Notes under the pieces: generated by a model | Database searches by the model: none | What the model was told of the DNA's origin: nothing | What the model saw: the letters and a program-made list of their open reading frames with translations, nothing else | Part shown: positions 57,538 through 64,000 of the stretch, in pieces | Layout of the letters: every line of letters starts with the position of its first letter | Numbering within the stretch: position 1 is the first letter of the stretch | Program-made: the position numbers and the translations under genes | NCBI GenBank assembly: GCA_963779755.1 | Contig: CAVZZO010000003.1 | Coordinates: forward strand, 1,152,001 to 1,216,000 | DNA from: an uncultured Gemmatimonadales bacterium | Lineage (GTDB): Bacteria; Gemmatimonadota; Gemmatimonadetes; Gemmatimonadales; GWC2-71-9 | Direction: 5' to 3' | DNA length: 64,000 nucleotides

Positions 57538-58169
57538 GGCCTCTGCCCCGGCTGCATGCCATCACCGACCGCCGAGTCATCGCCCGCGACGATCTGGGAG
57601 TCCGGGCAGCGGCGATCGCCGCCGCCGGGCCCGCCGTGGCGCTCCACGCGCGGGCGCCCGGTGCCGGCGCGCGTACCGTCACCGGGCTGGCGCAGCGGCT
57701 GTTGGCCCTGGCACGGCCGCCTGAAGCGGCGGTACTGGTGAACGGCCATCCCGACATCGCCCGGGCGCTGCACGCGGCGGGAGTGCACCTCGCCGCCACC
57801 GACCTGGCCCCCGGCGATGCCCGCCGGGTGCTGGGCGAGGGATGGGTAGGGCAGTCGGTGCACAGCCTCGAGCAGGCGGCCGCGGCGGCGGAGGCCGGCG
57901 CCGACTACCTCATGCTGGGGAATATCTTCCCCACCACCTCCCATCCCGGCAGGCTGCCGCTGGGCCTCGACGCGCTGGGCGCCTGCGCCCGTCTGGGGCC
58001 GCCGGTAATCGCCATCGGCGGCATCACCGCGGAACGGGCGGCCGCGGTGCGCGACGCCGGCGCCTGGGGCCTGGCCGCCGTCTCGGCCCTGTGGGATGCG
58101 GCCGATCCGGCCGCGGCGGCCCTGGCCCTGCTCGAGCCCTGGAATGTCCCGATGGAGAACGCACCGTGA
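57534..58169 (+). CDS. thiE: Thiamine phosphate synthase family protein (ThiE/TenI-like)
   Basis: 'GVHL', 'SVHS', 'GADY..LGNIFPTTSH', 'AIGGI'. The N-terminal QxRxK motif is degenerate, so this may be TenI-like. Confidence 0.75.
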   Translation: MRPLPRLHAITDRRVIARDDLGVRAAAIAAAGPAVALHARAPGAGARTVTGLAQRLLALARPPEAAVLVNGHPDIARALHAAGVHLAATDLAPGDARRVLGEGWVGQSVHSLEQAAAAAEAGADYLMLGNIFPTTSHPGRLPLGLDALGACARLGPPVIAIGGITAERAAAVRDAGAWGLAAVSALWDAADPAAAALALLEPWNVPMENAP

Positions 58170-58375
58170 GCGAGGCGACCATAACCGTGAACGGCACCGC
58201 CCGGCCGCTACCCCGGCCGGCGACCCTGGAGGCACTGCTGCGCGGCCTCGAGCTCGACCCCCGCATGGTGGTCGTCGAACTCAACCGGGAGATCATCCGG
58301 CGCCCGCGCCTGGCGGAGACCTCGCTGGCCGCCGGCGACCAGGTGGAGATCGTACATTTCGTGGGCGGGGGATGA
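58166..58375 (+). CDS. thiS: Sulfur carrier protein
   Basis: 'ITVNG', 'VELNREII', C-terminal 'EIVHFVGGG'. Confidence 0.95.
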   Translation: MSEATITVNGTARPLPRPATLEALLRGLELDPRMVVVELNREIIRRPRLAETSLAAGDQVEIVHFVGGG

Positions 58376-58507
58376 GAAGAGAGAGACGAGAAAAGAGAAA
58401 AGGGCTGAGGGCTGAGGACTGAGGACTGCGGATCGAGCGCGAAGCTGCACCGGGGCGGCACAAGGTCAGACCGCCCGACCGCCCGACCGACTGACCGACT
58501 GACCGCC
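58375..58507. repeat. Short tandem arrays (GAGAARA-like; RCTGAGG; CCGACCGC/CCGACTGA) between thiS and thiG
   Basis: Directly visible. Confidence 0.7.
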
Positions 58508-58517
58508 GGAGAAGACC

Positions 58518-59324
58518 ATGACTGGCACACTGACGCATACCGGTACCGCCATCGACACCCCGCTCACCATCGGCGGGCGCACCTTCACCTCCCGCCTGCT
58601 GGCCGGCACCGGAAAGTACCGCAGCAACGGGGAGATGGTCCGCGCGCTCGACGCTTCCGGTGCGGAGATCGTCACCGTCGCCGTACGCCGGGTGGACCTG
58701 GACCGGACCAGAGAAGAGGGGATGCTGTACCACCTCGATCCGGACCGGTACTTCCTGCTGGCCAATACCGCCGGCTGCTATAATGCCGACGAAGCCATCC
58801 GCTACGCCCGGCTGGCGCGCGAGGCCGGCTTCAACGAGTTCGTCAAGCTCGAGGTGATCGGCGACCAGGACACGCTCCTGCCCGATGTCGCCGGCCTGCT
58901 CGAAGCGGCGCGGGTGCTGGCGAAAGAGGGATTCCAGGTCATGGCCTACACCAACGACGACCTGATCACCGCCCTGCGGCTGGAGGACGCCGGCTGTGCC
59001 GCGGTCATGCCGCTGGCCTCGCCCATCGGCAGTGGGCTGGGCCTGCTCAATCCCTACAGCATCCGCACGCTGAAGCAGCGCCTCACGGTACCGGTCATCG
59101 TGGATGCCGGCGTGGGCACCGCCTCCGATGCCTGCGTCACCATGGAGCAGGGCGTCGACGGCATCCTGATGAATACCGCGCTGGCCCAGGCGGAGCGGCC
59201 CGAGCTGATGGCCGAGGCGATGCGCGCGGCGGTGCGGGCGGGACGGCTGGCCTGGCTGGCGGGCCGGATGCCGCGGCGCGAAATCGCGGTGCCGTCGAGC
59301 CCCGGCAAAGGCATGCTGGCCTGA
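58518..59324 (+). CDS. thiG: Thiazole synthase
   Basis: 'SRLLAGTGKY', 'NTAGC', 'KLEVIGD', 'VMPLASPIGSG', 'DAGVG'. Confidence 0.98.
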   Translation: MTGTLTHTGTAIDTPLTIGGRTFTSRLLAGTGKYRSNGEMVRALDASGAEIVTVAVRRVDLDRTREEGMLYHLDPDRYFLLANTAGCYNADEAIRYARLAREAGFNEFVKLEVIGDQDTLLPDVAGLLEAARVLAKEGFQVMAYTNDDLITALRLEDAGCAAVMPLASPIGSGLGLLNPYSIRTLKQRLTVPVIVDAGVGTASDACVTMEQGVDGILMNTALAQAERPELMAEAMRAAVRAGRLAWLAGRMPRREIAVPSSPGKGMLA

Positions 59325-60640
59325 GCCGGAAAGCGGCGGCCCCGGAGCACGGAGGCGCGACGGCCGCGCGCCGGGCCGCCCTGCGGATACTCCAGGCGGT
59401 TCAGCACGGTACGCCCTTCGCCGAAGGCCGTGACGCCGCCGTGGCCGCGCTGGAGGAGCGCGACCGCCACCTGGCGCACGAGCTTGCCGCGGGCGTGCTC
59501 CGTCATCGCAGCGAGCTCGATGCCCGGCTGGCGCCGCTCATCACACGGGGCTGGGAAGGCGTCCCCGGCCCGCTGCGCGACGTCCTCCGACTCGGCGCCT
59601 ACCAGCTCACCCACCTCGAGCGGGTACCGGTCCACGCCGCCGTGAACACCGCCGTGGACCTGGCCCACGAGACGGGCGGAGCCCGGGCCGCGGGGTTCGT
59701 GAACGCCGTGCTCCGCCGCCTGGGGCCGGGCCGCCCTGAACCGGCGGCCGACCGGCCGCTGTGGGAGCGCCTCTCCCATCCGCGCTGGCTGGTGGAGCGG
59801 TGGATCGAACGCTACGGCGAGCCGGAGACCACGACGCTGCTGCAGTGGAACAACGGCCATCCGCCCCTCGTGGTGCAACCCGCCCGGGCCGGGCGCGAAG
59901 CACTGGAACGGCTCTGGTCCGCCGAGGGCATCGAGTTCCACCCGGCGCCGGCGGACGCGGGATTGGTGGTCGAGGGCGGGCGGCCCGACCAGCTGCCCGG
60001 ATATGCGGAGGGGCTCTTCTTCGTGCAGGACCCGGCCCAGGCCCTGGTAGTGCGGTTTGCCGGCCTGCCCGCGGGGGCACTGCTCTACGACGCAGCCGCC
60101 GCGCCGGGAGGCAAGACGCTGGCGCTGAGCCGGGACGGCGCGCAGGTGGCGGCGGCCGACCGCACCCGTGCCCGCGTGGCCAGCCTGCGGCGCAACCTGG
60201 CCCGCGCCGGCACGGGCCGGGAATGGCCCCTGGTGGCCGATGCCGTGAGCCCGCCCATCCGGCCGGTCGATGCGGTGCTGCTGGACGCGCCCTGTCTGGG
60301 AACCGGCACCTTCGCCCGGCACCCCGATGCCCGCTGGCGGGTCACGCCCGGAAGCCTGCGGCACCTGGCCGCCCGCCAGGGCGTGCTGCTGGAAGCGCTG
60401 GCGGAGCGGGTACGCCCGGGAGGGTTGTTACTTTACGCCACGTGCTCGCTGGAGCCTGAGGAGAACGAGTGGCAGATCGAGACATTCCTGAGTCGTCATC
60501 CGGAGTTCCGCCGGGAGCCCGGCGGAACGATGCCCCCGGGGCTGCTGAGCCCGGAGGGCGATCTCCGGATTCTCCCCCAGCGCGACCATATGGATGGCGC
60601 GTTCGCGTCCCGGCTGAAGAAAACCGCGGACCGGGCATAA
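59321..60640 (+). CDS. rsmB: 16S rRNA m5C967 methyltransferase with NusB-like N-terminus; probable CTG start
   Basis: 'LRLGAYQL', 'FVNAVLR', 'SHP.WLV', 'VQD', 'AAPGGKT', 'DAPC', 'YATCS'. The in-frame upstream segment 'ARRAALRIL' extends to CTG 59321. Confidence 0.93.
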   Translation: MSRKAAAPEHGGATAARRAALRILQAVQHGTPFAEGRDAAVAALEERDRHLAHELAAGVLRHRSELDARLAPLITRGWEGVPGPLRDVLRLGAYQLTHLERVPVHAAVNTAVDLAHETGGARAAGFVNAVLRRLGPGRPEPAADRPLWERLSHPRWLVERWIERYGEPETTTLLQWNNGHPPLVVQPARAGREALERLWSAEGIEFHPAPADAGLVVEGGRPDQLPGYAEGLFFVQDPAQALVVRFAGLPAGALLYDAAAAPGGKTLALSRDGAQVAAADRTRARVASLRRNLARAGTGREWPLVADAVSPPIRPVDAVLLDAPCLGTGTFARHPDARWRVTPGSLRHLAARQGVLLEALAERVRPGGLLLYATCSLEPEENEWQIETFLSRHPEFRREPGGTMPPGLLSPEGDLRILPQRDHMDGAFASRLKKTADRA

Positions 60641-61404
60641 CGACGCGGCCCGCCCGCGGCACCGACCCAGCACCGGCTCGCTGGTGGACCAGGGCGCGGC
60701 TGCTTCGGGCGTTTCTCATCGTCCTGGGCGCCGGGCTGGCGGGTTACCTGGTTGCCGTCTTCGTACTCTATCCCGCCCCCATCTTCACGGAAGACCACGC
60801 CCTGGCCCGGGTGATCGATCTGCCGCTCAAGGAAGCCCGGCAGCAACTTACCGATGCGGGCTTCCGGATCCGCATGGTTCCCGAGGAAACCGATCCGCGG
60901 GTGCCGCGGGGCCGGATACTCTGGCAGCAGCCCGCCCCCGGCACCACCCTGCCCGCGGGGGCCACCGTGGAGCTGACTCCCAGCGCCGGCCCCGCCGACG
61001 TTCCGGTGCCCAACGTGGTGGGCTTCGATGCGGAAGAAGCGGGCAAGGTGATCCAGGCGGGCAATCTCGCGCTGGGGCCGGACGACTCGGTACGCTCGCC
61101 CAACGAAGCCGGCGTCGTGCTGGCGACCCGGCCCGGAGCCGGCGTGGCCCGGACGCCCGGCACCGGGATTTCCCTGGTCCTGAGCGCCGGGCCGGCGCCG
61201 AGCACGGTACCGCAGCTGACCGGATTGCCGCTGGCAGATGCCCGCAAACTGCTGCAACGGGCCGGCCTCGCGGTGGGGTCCGTCAGCGCGCGGGCCGGGT
61301 ACGGCCAGCCGGGCACGGTCATGGACCAGACGCCGGCGGGGGGACAGGAAGCCCGGCGCAATGCTCGCGTCAATCTCGTCGTCTCCTCCCGGGAGTCCCC
61401 ATGA
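60637..61404 (+). CDS. Membrane-anchored protein with three PASTA domains; start uncertain
   Basis: TM helix, then 'GRILWQQPAPG', 'VPNVVG', 'VPQLTG', 'VMDQTP'. Sits between rsmB and rpe. Confidence 0.85.
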   Translation: MTTRPARGTDPAPARWWTRARLLRAFLIVLGAGLAGYLVAVFVLYPAPIFTEDHALARVIDLPLKEARQQLTDAGFRIRMVPEETDPRVPRGRILWQQPAPGTTLPAGATVELTPSAGPADVPVPNVVGFDAEEAGKVIQAGNLALGPDDSVRSPNEAGVVLATRPGAGVARTPGTGISLVLSAGPAPSTVPQLTGLPLADARKLLQRAGLAVGSVSARAGYGQPGTVMDQTPAGGQEARRNARVNLVVSSRESP

Positions 61405-62066
61405 AGCCACGCATCGCTCCCAGCATTCTGAGCGCCGATCTGGGCCGCCTGCGGGAAGAGGTTGCGGCCGCGCTCGAGGGCGGCGCCGAATGGATTCACG
61501 TGGACGTCATGGACGGCGCCTTCGTGCCTAACCTCACCTTCGGGGCCCCGGTGATCCGCGCGCTCCGGCGCATGACCGATGTCCCCCTGGATGTGCACCT
61601 GATGGTGGAGCGGCCGGAGCGCTATATCGAGCCCTTCGCCGACGCCGGCGCCACCGGCTTCACCTTCCACCCGGAAGCGACCATACACGTCCAGCGGCAG
61701 CTCACCGCGGTGCGGGAACACGGGATGCGGGCCGGCCTGGCGATCAACCCGGGCACGCCGCTCACCTGGGCGGAGGAGGTGGTGGCCGACCTCGACCTGC
61801 TGCTGGTCATGTCGGTGAACCCGGGATTCGGCGGCCAGACGTATATCCCCGCCGCCTCCGACAAGCTGCGGCGTGCCCGGCTGCTGCTGGAGCGCCACGG
61901 CTCGGCGGCGACGCTGGAGGTGGACGGGGGCATCACCACGGAAACCATCGGGACCGCCTGGCAGGCCGGCGCGGACACCTTCGTGGCGGGGACGGCCGTC
62001 TTCGGCGACGGCGACCCGGCGGCGGCGGTCCGGCGGCTGCTCCGGGAGTGCACTACGCTGGTGTAG
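61401..62066 (+). CDS. rpe: Ribulose-phosphate 3-epimerase
   Basis: 'IAPSILSAD', 'HVDVMDG', 'DVHLM', 'MSVNPGFGGQ', 'EVDGG'. Confidence 0.98.
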   Translation: MKPRIAPSILSADLGRLREEVAAALEGGAEWIHVDVMDGAFVPNLTFGAPVIRALRRMTDVPLDVHLMVERPERYIEPFADAGATGFTFHPEATIHVQRQLTAVREHGMRAGLAINPGTPLTWAEEVVADLDLLLVMSVNPGFGGQTYIPAASDKLRRARLLLERHGSAATLEVDGGITTETIGTAWQAGADTFVAGTAVFGDGDPAAAVRRLLRECTTLV

Positions 62067-62092
62067 CGGCGACAGATTAGGTTTCCGCCTGA

Positions 62093-62176
62093 CCCTCTCG
62101 ACTCCCTCGGCGCTCTCGAGCTGCTGAAAAGGTCCGGCGGCCGAAGGGGTCGAGAGAGTCGAGAAGGTCGGGAAGT
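62093..62176. repeat. Degenerate inverted nonamer arrays (CTCTCGAC-like ... GTCGAGAGA)
   Basis: 62093-62121 versus 62148-62176. Confidence 0.55.
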
Positions 62177-62210
62177 CTGTGAAGCACCCCTACGCCAGAG
62201 CACTTACAGA

Positions 62211-62828
62211 ATGTCTCGTCAGTGGATAGTTGTCATCCTGATCGTCGGAGGGCTGATCCTCGGAGCGACGGCCGTGGTGCGGTTTACCCGGAGCGCCGAG
62301 GTCGTCGGAGTGGGAGCGGAAGCGCCGGACTATCCCGTGGTGAACGTGCGCACGGGCGACTCCCTCACCCTGCACGACTACCAGGGTTCCGTCACCCTGA
62401 TCAACATCTGGGCGACCTGGTGCGCCCCCTGCCGGGTGGAGATGCCCGCCATGCAGCGCGCCTACCGCGATCTCCAGGGCCGGGGCTTCCGCATCGCGGC
62501 CGTCAGCATCGACCAGTCGGCCCCGGAAGACGTCCGCCGCTTCGCCGACAGTCTCGGGCTGTCTTTCGATATTTTGCAGGACCGTACCACCGAGATCCAG
62601 GAGACCTACCAGACCACCGGCGTGCCGGAGAGCTACCTGCTCAACCAGCAGGGCGTGATCGTCAAACGGGTGATCGGCGCCTACGACTGGGACTCCGAGA
62701 TGAACCGCCGGCTCATCGAGCGCCTGCTGGACGACGCCGGCGCCCCGCCCGCCCCCGCCACCCCGGACTCGGTTGCCCCCGGCAAGGACTCCAGCCGAAC
62801 CGTGCCGCTGGGCGCCGGGAGCCGATGA
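62211..62828 (+). CDS. TlpA/ResA-like thiol:disulfide oxidoreductase
   Basis: N-terminal TM, 'NIWATWCAPC..EMP', 'GVPESY'. Confidence 0.93.
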   Translation: MSRQWIVVILIVGGLILGATAVVRFTRSAEVVGVGAEAPDYPVVNVRTGDSLTLHDYQGSVTLINIWATWCAPCRVEMPAMQRAYRDLQGRGFRIAAVSIDQSAPEDVRRFADSLGLSFDILQDRTTEIQETYQTTGVPESYLLNQQGVIVKRVIGAYDWDSEMNRRLIERLLDDAGAPPAPATPDSVAPGKDSSRTVPLGAGSR

Positions 62829-62845
62829 ATCCGCAGAAGGGTCGA

Positions 62846-63056
62846 CCCACGGCTTACACCGCTTGTACAGAATTCTCCTGGCCCACTCGGCGGGGGACCG
62901 CGGGACGGCTTCCTTCTGTTGCTTCCCCCCCGTCCCGGTGTCCAACGGGGTAATCGTGGTTGGCCCGATTTACGAGCCAAATCAGTGAATCCATGTAATC
63001 TGTGGATCCATGTCGTTGTTTTCTTCCCCCAATCTGTGAGCCCGTAGAATCTGTGG
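62846..63056. repeat. Degenerate inverted nonamer arrays (CCACGGCTTACAC... / AATCTGTG units)
   Basis: Left arm 62846-62874. Right arms 62980-63006 and 63031-63056, the latter containing the tsaD GTG start. Confidence 0.55.
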
Positions 63057-64000
63057 ACCGGGTCCTCGCCATCGAGACCTCCTGCGACGAAACCTCCGCC
63101 GCCGTGCTGGATCTGCGCGGCGAGCGGCCTTCGCTCCAGAGCCTGGTCATCCTGTCCCAGGACATACACGCCGTCTTCGGCGGGGTGGTGCCCGAGCTGG
63201 CCAGCCGCGCCCACCTGCGCACCATGACCGGCGTGGTCGATCGCGCCCTGGAGCAGGCCGGACTGGGCGCGGATGCGGTGGATGCGGTGGCGGTCACCGC
63301 CGGCCCGGGCCTGGTGGGAGCGCTGCTGGTGGGCGTGATGTACGGGAAGGCCCTCGCCTGGAGCCGGCAGGTTCCGCTGCTCGGCGTGCACCACCTGGAA
63401 GGGCATCTCTTCGCGCCCACCCTGGAGGACCCCGCCTTCGCCCCGCCCTTCGTGGGGCTGCTGGTGAGCGGCGGCCATACCATGCTGCTCGATGTACCGG
63501 CCTGGGGCCGCTACCGGCTGCTGGGCGGCACCCGCGACGACGCGGCCGGCGAGGCGTTCGACAAGGTGGCGACGCTCCTGGGCCTGGGCTATCCCGGCGG
63601 CCCGCCCATCGAACGCGCCGCCGCCGGCGGCGATCCCGCGCGGTATCGCTTCCCCCGGCCCATGCTCGGAGAACTTGAGCGCGACGGGCCGGGGCGCTAC
63701 GACTTTTCCTTCAGCGGGCTCAAGACGGCGGTACTCCGGGCCGTGCGGCAGAGCGACAACGTGGAGCGCGACCGCGCCGACCTGGCCCGCGGCTTTCAGG
63801 ACGCGGTGCTCGATGTGCTGGTGGAGAAGACCGCCCGCGCCACCGAAGAACTGGGCTACCCCGCTGCCATGATCGGCGGCGGCGTGGCCTGCAACCGCAC
63901 CCTCGTCGCACGGCTGCGTGAACGGCTGCCCTCATCCATCCGCGTGGTCGCCGCCTCGCCGCGCCTCAACACCGATAATGCGGCCATGATCGGCGCCGCC
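63053..64000 (+). CDS. tsaD: tRNA N6-adenosine threonylcarbamoyltransferase (partial, runs off window)
   Basis: 'LAIETSCDET', 'GGVVPELASRAH', 'GPGL.GALLVG', 'HHLEGH', 'VSGGHT', 'DDAAGEAFDK', 'TDNAAMI'. Confidence 0.98.
   Translation, partial: MDRVLAIETSCDETSAAVLDLRGERPSLQSLVILSQDIHAVFGGVVPELASRAHLRTMTGVVDRALEQAGLGADAVDAVAVTAGPGLVGALLVGVMYGKALAWSRQVPLLGVHHLEGHLFAPTLEDPAFAPPFVGLLVSGGHTMLLDVPAWGRYRLLGGTRDDAAGEAFDKVATLLGLGYPGGPPIERAAAGGDPARYRFPRPMLGELERDGPGRYDFSFSGLKTAVLRAVRQSDNVERDRADLARGFQDAVLDVLVEKTARATEELGYPAAMIGGGVACNRTLVARLRERLPSSIRVVAASPRLNTDNAAMIGAA

Overview
High-GC bacterial chromosome segment, most likely Gemmatimonadota (inferred from gene repertoire and order, not from a search). 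Left end (1-12.5 kb, mostly minus strand): an exosortase/PEP-CTERM-associated surface-polysaccharide region with an Oar-type TonB-dependent receptor, a lipoprotein, two paralogous HpsJ-like membrane proteins, a PEP-CTERM protein, an XrtA-type deacetylase, FemAB-like, DegT-like and GNAT genes, and two good sigma54 promoters. Next come an NtrY/NtrX-like two-component pair, an Omp85-like protein, DUF4390, an HNH nuclease, argR, an amidohydrolase, two class A PBPs flanking a Ser/Thr kinase, tyrS, a patatin-ferredoxin fusion, a ~14 kb LPS/glycan cluster containing an MsbA-like exporter and a PorX/PglZ-like regulator, and an N-terminally truncated DnaB-like ATPase. The right end is housekeeping: yebC-ruvCAB-queA-tgt-yajC-def-fmt-thiESG-rsmB-PASTA-rpe-tlpA-tsaD. 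The non-coding DNA is the most unusual part. Many intergenic gaps hold 7/8/9-mer tandem arrays, often as inverted pairs and sometimes inserted in frame into genes. There are also several REP/REPIN-like families, a 112-bp hairpin element in a 4-copy 171-bp tandem array plus a fifth copy, and a candidate structured ncRNA. Seven frameshifts in the first 21 kb all have the same sign and are probably sequencing errors. No rRNA, tRNA, CRISPR array or transposase was recognised.
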